Made by a program: the position numbers and the translations under genes
Source: a virus
Lineage: Duplodnaviria > Caudoviricetes
IMG/VR virus record: IMGVR_UViG_3300029930_000001
Span: 10,935-74,934 of that record
Strand: one strand, 5' to 3'
DNA: 64,000 nucleotides
Part shown: in pieces, positions 7,815-16,297 of the stretch
Position numbering within the stretch: the stretch's first letter is position 1
How the letters are laid out: each line of letters begins with the position of its first letter
The notes under the pieces: model-generated
Database searches by the model: none
What the model saw: the letters and a program-made list of their open reading frames with translations, nothing else
What the model was told of the DNA's origin: nothing

Positions 7815-9893
7815 ATGGAAAACGAAGCCGTTGATTTGGGACATGCCACTGCTGGTGGAGTGAGGGCCGATGGGTTGCAGAATGTCTTGATCGGCATGGG
7901 AACCGGCCGTGACAAGGCGCAATATACTAAAACTACGGCAACTGTTTTTCTTGCTCAAGAAGAGCTGGAGAATTTGTATGGTGAATGGCTTCCTCGTCGC
8001 ATTGTTGACATTTATGCTGACCAGGCCACTCGGAAAGGATTCAAGGTATTGTTTGGCGGCGATGGAGTTAGGGCAGAGGAGGTGCAAGGCGTTGAGCAGA
8101 TAATTGAGGATTTATACATCCTTGAGCATTTGAACCTGGCTGCCAAGAATGCTCGTTTATACGGCGGGGCATGCTTGCTGCTGTTTATTGACGATGGTCG
8201 CCCGGCTTATATGCCAGTGGACAAACGCAACATCCGTCGCATTGAAGAAATTGAATGCCTTGATCGCTGGCAAATTGCACCAGTGATTAATGAGGAAAAT
8301 TTATACGACTATTCAAAAGCAACGTATTATCAAATCATTTCTGGTGATTTAATCAACGAGCCGCAACTGTCCTACATCCACAAGGACAGGATCCTGCGTT
8401 TTGATGGGGATTGGCTGCCTTATCGCGTAAGGCAGCGTAACTATGGTTGGGGCATGAGCAGCTTGCAAACTGTTTATGACAGCTTCCGCCATTATTGGAC
8501 GGGCTTAAATTCAGCGGCAACGCTGCTCACTGAGTTTGATATTTTTGTTCATAAAGTGAGAGGCTTAGCAGCGATGCTTGCCGCCGGCAAGGAGAGCTCC
8601 ATTCGTGATCGTTTGCAAGTGAACGACATGAGCAAGAGCATTTATCGCGGCTATGCCATTGATGCGGAAAAGGAAGAGCTTGAATTTATTAGCCGCAACT
8701 TTGGAGGCATTGGAGAAATCCTTGAGAAACTGCGCGTTGATATTATTGGCGCCAGCAAGATTCCTCACACTGTTTTATTTGGCGAGAGCCCTAGTGGCTT
8801 AGGCGCCACTGGTCGCAGCGAAGAGCGAGATTTCGCCAAGACGCTGGCCGATTATCAAAGTGTCCATTTCAAGCGCCCCATCAAGAAGCTGATGGAGCTC
8901 ATCATGCTGAGCAAGGAAGGGCCAACGAAAGGAGAGCTGCCCGAATCCTGGCGCATTGCTTTCAACCCATTGTTTGAGCTTAATGAGCGCGAAATGGCTG
9001 ACGTACGTGCGCGTGTGGCGGCTGTAGACGGCCGCTACATCCAGCTTGGCGTACTGAGTCCCAAGGAAGTGGCAGACGCTCGCTATGGCGGTTCTGAGTG
9101 GAGCATGGAACTCACTCTCGATCCCAATGTCATTCGCGAGCTTCCCACTCAAGGTGGGGGTGGTTCCACTCCAAATAAGGGTGGCTTAGCGGTGCCTCCT
9201 GGCGGTCGAGATCCTCTTGACGAGGAGAATGGCACGCTTCCCATGGACGGCAGTAGGGAAGTACAAGATGCCGCTGGCCTTTTCTTGCCGCGAGACTTAG
9301 AAGAGATGCGTGGAGACGTGGTGTTCACGGACAAGGAGCTTCATTCTCGCGCCGTTAGTGCTGCAAAAACAAAGTTCAAAGTGTGGCCATCCGCTTATGC
9401 CAGTGGTTATGTGGTGCAGCAATACAAGCAAATGTATAAGAAGAAGCACGGCTCTTTAAGCGGCGCGTTTAAGAGCGACGAACAAGAACTGCACGCAGAC
9501 GATTTAGATCAATGGTTTAAGGAGAAGTGGGTGAGGATTGGTGCCAATGGTGAAATCTTGGGGCCATGCGGGGCGCGAGAAGAGAAAGAAGGCAAGCCCA
9601 AGTGTCTTCCTCAAGCAAAAGCGCAAGCAATGAGCAAAGAGGAGCGTTCGACAATTGTTGCTCGCAAGCGTAAGGCCGACCCCGATCCCGAACGTCATGG
9701 TCCGGCGAAAATGGTTAGCAGCAAAACAGACGCCATTGAACCCATGAAAGCACAAGGCCTCATCCTTGCTGACGTTGACGAAGCTTCGTTGATTGACCAG
9801 GAAGATATTGATGCTGCATTGTCACAATGGAAAGAAGAAGCGCCAGAACGCTTTAAGGACATCTTGGAGGCTGAAGATGCAAGGCCTCAATGA
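7815..9893 (+). CDS. portal protein (DUF1073-type) with long C-terminal extension
   Basis: RRIVDIYAD...K, ARLYGGA, WGMS.LQ, ASKIPHT.LFG.SP.GL.ATG motifs; first gene of the head operon. Confidence 0.85.
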   Translation: MENEAVDLGHATAGGVRADGLQNVLIGMGTGRDKAQYTKTTATVFLAQEELENLYGEWLPRRIVDIYADQATRKGFKVLFGGDGVRAEEVQGVEQIIEDLYILEHLNLAAKNARLYGGACLLLFIDDGRPAYMPVDKRNIRRIEEIECLDRWQIAPVINEENLYDYSKATYYQIISGDLINEPQLSYIHKDRILRFDGDWLPYRVRQRNYGWGMSSLQTVYDSFRHYWTGLNSAATLLTEFDIFVHKVRGLAAMLAAGKESSIRDRLQVNDMSKSIYRGYAIDAEKEELEFISRNFGGIGEILEKLRVDIIGASKIPHTVLFGESPSGLGATGRSEERDFAKTLADYQSVHFKRPIKKLMELIMLSKEGPTKGELPESWRIAFNPLFELNEREMADVRARVAAVDGRYIQLGVLSPKEVADARYGGSEWSMELTLDPNVIRELPTQGGGGSTPNKGGLAVPPGGRDPLDEENGTLPMDGSREVQDAAGLFLPRDLEEMRGDVVFTDKELHSRAVSAAKTKFKVWPSAYASGYVVQQYKQMYKKKHGSLSGAFKSDEQELHADDLDQWFKEKWVRIGANGEILGPCGAREEKEGKPKCLPQAKAQAMSKEERSTIVARKRKADPDPERHGPAKMVSSKTDAIEPMKAQGLILADVDEASLIDQEDIDAALSQWKEEAPERFKDILEAEDARPQ

Positions 9894-10557
9894 TCTCTCT
9901 CAATTCGCCGATGAAATCATTCGTCTTGACCAATCATCATGGAGCTACGATCCTATTAGTGGTCGCTATCGCGGCCCTAATGGACGTTTCCTTTCTCAAT
10001 CCGCTGTGGAGGCTTTGGTGGATGGTCGAATTAATCGCCTTAGTGACGACTTACGTCGTTATACAAACATGCTTAGTCGTGGCGATCTCACGATTGATCA
10101 GTGGCAAGGGACCATTAGACAAAGACTAAAATTGGTCCACATTCAAGCCGCAGTGATTGGCAATGGTGGAAAAGAAAGGATGGGCGCGGCGGATTGGGGC
10201 CGTATTGGCCAGAGAATTCGGGCTGAATACCGTTATCTACAGGCTTTTGCTGCTGACATTTTGGCTGGCCGCGTTTCTGCTCCCATGGCTCTTGCTCGTA
10301 TCGGCTTATACGCTGAAAGTGTGCGAGGCACTTATTGGGAAGGAACTGCAATTCGCCAAGAAAAACAAGGCTACAGCTTGATGAAGAGAGTTTTAGACAG
10401 TCAGGCCAAGCATTGCCAAGACTGTTTGGACTATGCAGCCAGGGGGATTGTGCCCATTGGAAGCTTGCCAATGCCAGGGCAGCGTTGTGCTTGTCGATCT
10501 AATTGCAAGTGCAGTGTAAAGTACATGCGCCAACAAGCTCCAACTGTTCCCGTTTAA
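9877..10557 (+). CDS. head morphogenesis protein (MuF/SPP1 gp7-like)
   Basis: Follows portal; C-terminal HC.DC...P.PG..C.C.SNCKC cysteine motif. Confidence 0.65.
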   Translation: MQGLNDLSQFADEIIRLDQSSWSYDPISGRYRGPNGRFLSQSAVEALVDGRINRLSDDLRRYTNMLSRGDLTIDQWQGTIRQRLKLVHIQAAVIGNGGKERMGAADWGRIGQRIRAEYRYLQAFAADILAGRVSAPMALARIGLYAESVRGTYWEGTAIRQEKQGYSLMKRVLDSQAKHCQDCLDYAARGIVPIGSLPMPGQRCACRSNCKCSVKYMRQQAPTVPV

Positions 10558-10594
10558 TTTGTGCCATTAGTATTGGGCAAGCTTGTTTTGTTCA

Positions 10595-11818
10595 ATGGCG
10601 AAGATTCTTTTCTGTGCGGATGTTGGCGTTGAAACTGGCTTTGGACGAGTTTCAGAGCATCTCATTCCCATGCTGGCCAAGGATCATGAAGTGCATGCGC
10701 TTTGCGTGAATTGGCATGGCGATCCCAATCCTATGCAGCAGCATTGCAAAATGTATCCGGCCATGGCTCATGGCTCTGACCCTTTCGGCTCTCATCGCAT
10801 TGCGGAGTTAGTTCGCAGAATTGAGCCCGATCTTGTTTGGGTGACAAACGATATTTGGGTGGCCATTAATTTGTGGTCCGCCGTAAAGGAGGTAAAGGAG
10901 GAGCTTGGTTTTAAGTTTTTTGTTTATACGCCTATTGATAGTTACGGCTTGTTCCCCGATTTACTGCCAGTATTGGACGAGTGGGATGGTCTTGCCACTT
11001 ACACCCAGTTTGGTGCGGAAGAAATCATAAAGATGGGCTACGAAAAGCCCGTTCAAATTATGGGACATGGCACTGATTTCAAGAAGTTTTTCCCGCTAGA
11101 CAAGGAAGAATGTCGGCAGGACTTGGGCGTGCCTCAAGATGTTTTTGTTGTGTTTAACGGTAATCGCAATCAACCGCGAAAGCGCATTGATTTGACTATC
11201 AAGGGATTCATTCGTTTTGCGAAGGACAAACCAGATGCAAGGCTTTGGCTCAATATGGGACAAAAAGACTTGGGCTGGGATATTATTCCTCTTTTTAAGC
11301 GCGTGGCGAGGGACGAGGGCTTTGATCCAACCAGCAAACTGATCTTGACAAGCCCTCATTTTTCTACGATGAATTGCTTGCCAATTGATCAGTTAAACAA
11401 AGTGTATAACGCTTCTGATGTGGGGATTAACACTTGCATTGGGGAAGGATGGGGTCTTGTGAATACTGAGCATGCGGCAACTGGTGTGGCGCAAATTGTC
11501 CCGGACCATACGAGCTGCAAAGAAATTTTCGATGGTGTGCCACGCATTGCCATTGAAAGCTGGGAGGTGGACATGAACTATGGGCTAGACCGTGGTCAAC
11601 CGTCCCCTGATTCACTGGCCAGCATTTTGAATGAATACTACGAAGATCGCGAAGCGCTTGCCGCAGCGGGGCAATGGTGCTACGATCGTATGCACGAAAA
11701 GCAATTTACTTGGCCATACATTGGGAAACAGGCCAAGAAAATTATTAATACCTTACTAAAAACTAAGCGTTCGCAGCGCTCCGTCAAAGGCTTTGGTGTG
11801 CCCGCTCGTATTGATTGA
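10595..11818 (+). CDS. GT-B (GT4-like) glycosyltransferase
   Basis: TGFGRV, GNRNQPRKRID, YNASDVGINTCIGEGWGLVNTEHAATG. Confidence 0.85.
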   Translation: MAKILFCADVGVETGFGRVSEHLIPMLAKDHEVHALCVNWHGDPNPMQQHCKMYPAMAHGSDPFGSHRIAELVRRIEPDLVWVTNDIWVAINLWSAVKEVKEELGFKFFVYTPIDSYGLFPDLLPVLDEWDGLATYTQFGAEEIIKMGYEKPVQIMGHGTDFKKFFPLDKEECRQDLGVPQDVFVVFNGNRNQPRKRIDLTIKGFIRFAKDKPDARLWLNMGQKDLGWDIIPLFKRVARDEGFDPTSKLILTSPHFSTMNCLPIDQLNKVYNASDVGINTCIGEGWGLVNTEHAATGVAQIVPDHTSCKEIFDGVPRIAIESWEVDMNYGLDRGQPSPDSLASILNEYYEDREALAAAGQWCYDRMHEKQFTWPYIGKQAKKIINTLLKTKRSQRSVKGFGVPARID

Positions 11819-11822
11819 AGCC

Positions 11823-12539
11823 ATGCAAATTTCTCAAATTTTCCTCACCAACAACCCAAGCGAAAAGCTTAGTCCATTCCTGGAATACGCTACTGGCACT
11901 ATTGATAGTATGTTCCCAGATGCGGAGCATGTTATTTATAACAACGAAACGCTTCGCTCATTTATTGCCGACAACTATGAAGAGGAGGTGTTGCGGGCTT
12001 ACGATAAACTGCAGCCATTTTCTTATAAGGCGGACCTCGGTCGGTTTTGTCTACTAAACACACTTGGCGGCTGGTATTTTGACATTGGCATTCGCGCTAT
12101 TAATTCCGTCGAAATTGGCCCACGCATTGAATTCCTGGCATTTCGGGACATTCAACGATTTAGCTTTACAAGCTGGGCCTGCGCCACTACTGTCCTTTAT
12201 TCCAAGCCTGACAACATCGCTCTACGGACGGCTATTGAGATGATTGTCAATAATTGCGAGGAAGAATATTACGGCATCACTCCATTGTGCCCCACTGGCC
12301 CCACATTGCTTGGAGCCGCATTGGCGGCGAATGGTGGCAATGCAAACTTTGTTTATGGAGACTATTTAGAGCTCACGCCTACGCATCAAGAAAAGAACCG
12401 GGCATTTGTACTACCAGATGGCACATTACTGGCCTGGTCAAAACCTGCGGGAGGAGGAGACTTAACTGGGCTTGGAGCTAAGAGCGTTAACAATTACAAC
12501 GAGCTTTGGGCTCAACGTAAAGTTTATGCAAAGGGATGA
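11823..12539 (+). CDS. DxD sugar-binding glycosyltransferase (GT32/OCH1-like)
   Basis: YKADLGRFCLL...GGWYFDI, TGPTLLG. Confidence 0.75.
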   Translation: MQISQIFLTNNPSEKLSPFLEYATGTIDSMFPDAEHVIYNNETLRSFIADNYEEEVLRAYDKLQPFSYKADLGRFCLLNTLGGWYFDIGIRAINSVEIGPRIEFLAFRDIQRFSFTSWACATTVLYSKPDNIALRTAIEMIVNNCEEEYYGITPLCPTGPTLLGAALAANGGNANFVYGDYLELTPTHQEKNRAFVLPDGTLLAWSKPAGGGDLTGLGAKSVNNYNELWAQRKVYAKG

Positions 12540-13245
12540 TTTAGTGCTGTATGGCGTGCGTATGGCAGACAAGCCAATGCGCTATCAGTCTTCGTTTGTA
12601 TTGAAAGAAGTGGTGGCTAACGCTGCAGCCTTAAGTCCAAAAGAGCGTTTGCGCCTAGCTCAAGAAGGGTGCTTATTTGACGATGACTGTCAAGATAACA
12701 TCTCCTCTCTAAATCCATGGTGGGGAGAACTGACTGCTGTACATTATTTATTGCAGACCAACCAGGCGCCTTTCATTGGAAATGCTCAGTACAGGCGATT
12801 TTGGAGCGAAAACCATCTAAGACAGGCATCTTCAAACTTCTTATATCTATGTGAGCCATGCCGGTTCGGTTGCTCATTGGCCGATCAATTCCATGGTGGC
12901 CATAGATTTGAAGGAGTGACCATGACCATGTTGACCGCCAAGGAAAGGCAGCTCCCATTTACAGCGGAAGAACTAGCAGTGGTGTGGCGGCAAAACGTAT
13001 TTCAAGGCGGGCCGATGGCAGTGGGAAGCTTTGAGCATTACAAGCAATTAATGGGAATATTGTTTGATTGCTTGTGGCCTGTATGGGAAGCATACAAGCC
13101 TGAGATAATGGCTTTACAGGGGTACGATCAAAGGGCGATTGCTTTTTTGTCTGAAAGATTTCTGTCTGGCATTGTTTTGTTTCGAGAGAAATTCATACCT
13201 AGAATCCCGTTGCGCAATATCCCGTTAGGCTTTGTCGGCCCTTAA
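12526..13245 (+). CDS. putative glycosyltransferase (DUF4422-like)
   Basis: DNISSLNPWWGELTA, FIG..QYRRF, R..AFLSER. Confidence 0.6.
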   Translation: MQRDDLVLYGVRMADKPMRYQSSFVLKEVVANAAALSPKERLRLAQEGCLFDDDCQDNISSLNPWWGELTAVHYLLQTNQAPFIGNAQYRRFWSENHLRQASSNFLYLCEPCRFGCSLADQFHGGHRFEGVTMTMLTAKERQLPFTAEELAVVWRQNVFQGGPMAVGSFEHYKQLMGILFDCLWPVWEAYKPEIMALQGYDQRAIAFLSERFLSGIVLFREKFIPRIPLRNIPLGFVGP

Positions 13246-13249
13246 CCTT

Positions 13250-14410
13250 ATGGCAGGAACACTGCTGGATCTAATTGACCAGCCACTGGTTAACAATTTG
13301 AAGCTTTCAGCGCATGAGGCGCTTCATGCAAAACGCTATCCGCTTCGGGCCGTATATCAAGATGATTTAACAATTCACCTTGACACGGAAGTGCCTCCAA
13401 GCGAGCTTTATGGAGAATATTTATATCGAAGTGGAGTTAGCCAGCCATATATTGATCATTGCAAGGGAATGTACCATTCTCTTAACCATTTGAATTTAGA
13501 AACAATTATTGATATTGGCGGAAATGATGGCACGCTGCTAAAGACTTTCAGGAATGAAGCCAGGATTGAACAATGGTGGTCAGGGAAAGGTCCTCGTCGA
13601 CTAATCAATGTCGACGCAAGCGAGAGCTTTAAGCAAGTAAACGAAGACGCCGGCATTGAATATCACTGCGGGTTCTTTAATGAACACATGGATTTGCCCA
13701 AGGCAAATTTAATTGTCTCTACTAATGTTTTTCAGCACACCAAGGATATTCATTCGTTTTTGCGTGGTATCGCCAAGCACCTGGATGGAGTGTGGGTGCT
13801 GGAGTTTCCGTATACATTGACAACACTTCTTACCCTGCAGTTTGATCAGTTTTATCACGAGCATTATTACTATTGGCTGATTACACCATTAGCAAAATTG
13901 TTTAGTGAATATGGGCTGCGAATTGTCCATATTAAGGAAACCTCTATTCATGGTGGCAGCATGCGGATGTGGATGACAAACAAAGACATTTCTGCGCCGT
14001 CAATTGACGACGTAATTGAAAAATACAAAGATAAAGAATCCTTAATTGATCTTGAAACTTTTGATACTAATTGTCGCAATTTAATTCTTAAGAGCTGGGA
14101 CTTTCTTTCGTCATTACAAGGAAGAACGGCTTTTTTTGGGGCAGCCGCAAAAGGCGCTGTTTTTCTTAACGCGCTTTCCCTGTCCACGCAAAATATGCAG
14201 TCCTATGTGGTTGACGACACGCCTGGAAAACAAGGCAAGTACATCCCAGGGACTGGATTTGAAATTGTGGATAGACAGCGGCTAAAGGAAGATCCGGTGG
14301 ATAACATTGTCATTCTTGCCCATAACTTTGCCGATTACATTGCTAAGTCGCTGCGCAAAGAATTTACGGGCAACATCTACACCTGTCTTCCCTCCATCAC
14401 TAAATTTTGA
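13250..14410 (+). CDS. NDP-sugar C-methyltransferase-like SAM methyltransferase
   Basis: IIDIGGNDGTLL, FDQFYHEH, FGAAAKG, VDDTPGKQGKYIPGT. Confidence 0.8.
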   Translation: MAGTLLDLIDQPLVNNLKLSAHEALHAKRYPLRAVYQDDLTIHLDTEVPPSELYGEYLYRSGVSQPYIDHCKGMYHSLNHLNLETIIDIGGNDGTLLKTFRNEARIEQWWSGKGPRRLINVDASESFKQVNEDAGIEYHCGFFNEHMDLPKANLIVSTNVFQHTKDIHSFLRGIAKHLDGVWVLEFPYTLTTLLTLQFDQFYHEHYYYWLITPLAKLFSEYGLRIVHIKETSIHGGSMRMWMTNKDISAPSIDDVIEKYKDKESLIDLETFDTNCRNLILKSWDFLSSLQGRTAFFGAAAKGAVFLNALSLSTQNMQSYVVDDTPGKQGKYIPGTGFEIVDRQRLKEDPVDNIVILAHNFADYIAKSLRKEFTGNIYTCLPSITKF

Positions 14411-15018
14411 TCATGACTCTTTCTGAAATCACTTCTGCTCCTTCCATTGACAAAATCTTAAAAGCGCAAAATATTAACGGGTTTGAAGTGCCGGGAGGCA
14501 CTGATAAGCAAACCATTCATTCCTACGGCCCTGTCTACGAGCAATTATTTAAACCATTCAAGAAGAAGCAATGCACAGTGCTAGAGATTGGCGTACAGCT
14601 TGGCGGATCAATGCTGTTATGGCATGATTTGTGTCCAAAAAGTCTCGTGATTGGCGTGGACACGCAAGTGTTGTACCACCCTTCCATTTTTGAGCGAATG
14701 GAAGACGGTCGTTACTTTTTTGTCCTTGGAGACGGCTATGCCAAGCAAACAATTGACATGGTAAAAACCTGCGCCCCAAATGGTATTGATTTCGCTATTG
14801 ATGATGGCCCTCATACCCTTCAAAGTCAATGCATGTTTTTGCAGCATTACCTGCCACTGCTGAACGAAGGAGGTGTTGCTGTCATTGAAGACGTACAAGA
14901 GTATGAATGGTTCGATACGCTACTTTCTTTCGTGCCCGACGAATACAGCAGTGAGATTGTGGATAGGCGTCAAATTCAAGGACGTTATGACGATCTAATG
15001 CTTGTTATTAGGAAGTAA
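14407..15018 (+). CDS. class I SAM-dependent (sugar O-) methyltransferase
   Basis: TDK...HSY...Y, VLEIGV..GGS, IDDGPH, GGV.VIEDV. Confidence 0.8.
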   Translation: MIMTLSEITSAPSIDKILKAQNINGFEVPGGTDKQTIHSYGPVYEQLFKPFKKKQCTVLEIGVQLGGSMLLWHDLCPKSLVIGVDTQVLYHPSIFERMEDGRYFFVLGDGYAKQTIDMVKTCAPNGIDFAIDDGPHTLQSQCMFLQHYLPLLNEGGVAVIEDVQEYEWFDTLLSFVPDEYSSEIVDRRQIQGRYDDLMLVIRK

Positions 15019-15043
15019 GATAAGAAAAGACGACATTTCAGCG

Positions 15044-15301
15044 ATGACCAAAAAAGAAAAACAAAAGAAGGTGGCGAAGGTAATGCGCGAATTTAAAGCG
15101 GGCACACTAAAAAGTAGCAGTGGCGATCCGGTGAAAAGTCGTCAGCAAGCAATTGCTATTGCCATGTCTAAAGCTGGAATGTCGCTAAAAGGCAAGAGCG
15201 ATGCTTATGTTGATGCCTACATCGATGCAATGATTTGCATTGAGAGCGAAGAAGAGGAGATGGAAGAGGAAGTAGATTCTTCTTGCGGAAAAAAGCGCTG
15301 A
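15044..15301 (+). CDS. small basic/acidic protein (DUF6496-like)
   Basis: KVAKVMREFKAGTLKSSSG..VKSRQQAIAIAMS motif. Confidence 0.7.
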   Translation: MTKKEKQKKVAKVMREFKAGTLKSSSGDPVKSRQQAIAIAMSKAGMSLKGKSDAYVDAYIDAMICIESEEEEMEEEVDSSCGKKR

Positions 15302-15648
15302 GGGGAGACGCTGAAAGTTTCTCCCCTCCATCTGCAGTAAGAAGCGCGGCACGGCGTGGCTTAGAACTGCGCAAGAAGCATGGCAAAGGCGGTTTAACGA
15401 CGCAGGAAGCGGGCAAGCAAGGAATTGGCAGTGGCGTGGCCAGGGCTGGCGATTTGGCAGGAGGCAGCGCCATTAGCTATTCGACCATCAAACGCATGGC
15501 TGCATTCTTTTCTCGCCATGAAAAGAATAAGAGCGGAGGAGAAGACGATGCAGGATATATTGCGTGGCTTTTATGGGGAGGCGATGCTGGTAGGGCATGG
15601 GCTAATCGTATTATTAAGATGGTGGAATCCAAGAAGAAAGGCCAATGA
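15283..15648 (+). CDS. conserved phage head-region domain, probably made as a -1 frameshift extension of the upstream ORF
   Basis: PP.AVR.AARRGL...GVARA..L...TIKRM..FFSRH...GYIAWLLWGGDAG..WA; no ATG before the domain; A_AAA_AAG at 15289-15295. Confidence 0.65.
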   Translation: MRKKALRGDAESFSPPSAVRSAARRGLELRKKHGKGGLTTQEAGKQGIGSGVARAGDLAGGSAISYSTIKRMAAFFSRHEKNKSGGEDDAGYIAWLLWGGDAGRAWANRIIKMVESKKKGQ

Positions 15649-15956
15649 GCGAATTCGTGCGAGTTGAAGAAATCGAGGACGAAGGTATTGGCGCCATGAA
15701 AGCGTTGGCTATTTTGTCGGCCAACGAACATCGCAATACTTCTCGCTGGGAGCTTGTTGAAAAGCAATGCTTCAAGAACGGTCGACTAGACGAAACGCAC
15801 ATTTACGTGATGAGCGTCTACGAAAAGCCTGACCCTCATTTTGAGCCCACGAAATTCTTGGTGTTTGAAATTGAGGCAATGGCAAAGGCTTATATTATGG
15901 AAGGCATTGAAAATCAGCTTGCCGAACTGCAAGCGGATGAAGAAGACGAGGATTAA
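15645..15956 (+). CDS. hypothetical acidic protein
   Basis: ATG overlaps the previous stop codon. Confidence 0.6.
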   Translation: MSEFVRVEEIEDEGIGAMKALAILSANEHRNTSRWELVEKQCFKNGRLDETHIYVMSVYEKPDPHFEPTKFLVFEIEAMAKAYIMEGIENQLAELQADEEDED

Positions 15957-16198
15957 TCTTTTGTGGCATTAACAAGGAACGATGGATAGCCCATTAAATA
16001 AAGCACGCTGATTCCATAGAAACCACTTAGAAAGCGAATTTGAGCGCAATCAGGCGAGAGCTCGCCGCGTTCCATGCGACTGTAGGAGGATTGACTGATG
16101 TGGAGTTCTTTTGCCACTGTCTGCTGAGAAAGCCCGCTATTAAGGCGGGCTTCTTTAATGCGAGACGCAATGAGAAGACGCGCTTGTTGGTAAGGCAT
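15953..16198 (-). CDS. XRE-family HTH transcriptional regulator
   Basis: RIKEARLNSGLSQQTVAKELHISQSSYSRMERG. Confidence 0.85.
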   Translation of the reverse strand: MPYQQARLLIASRIKEARLNSGLSQQTVAKELHISQSSYSRMERGELSPDCAQIRFLSGFYGISVLYLMGYPSFLVNATKD

Positions 16199-16297
16199 TT
16201 TGAGGGCATCGGTGGCGCTTCTCGCTAAAAACAGCATTCTTTAGTCTCCTTTGAATAATCAGTCTAGACAGAATAGAGACAAGTGTAAAGTATATTT

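Noticed and set aside
7815-9893. Anti-CBASS (Acb1) function sometimes attached to DUF1073 annotations
   Set aside because: Position and motifs are those of a portal, and I see no paired HxT/S phosphoesterase motifs supporting Acb1 activity.
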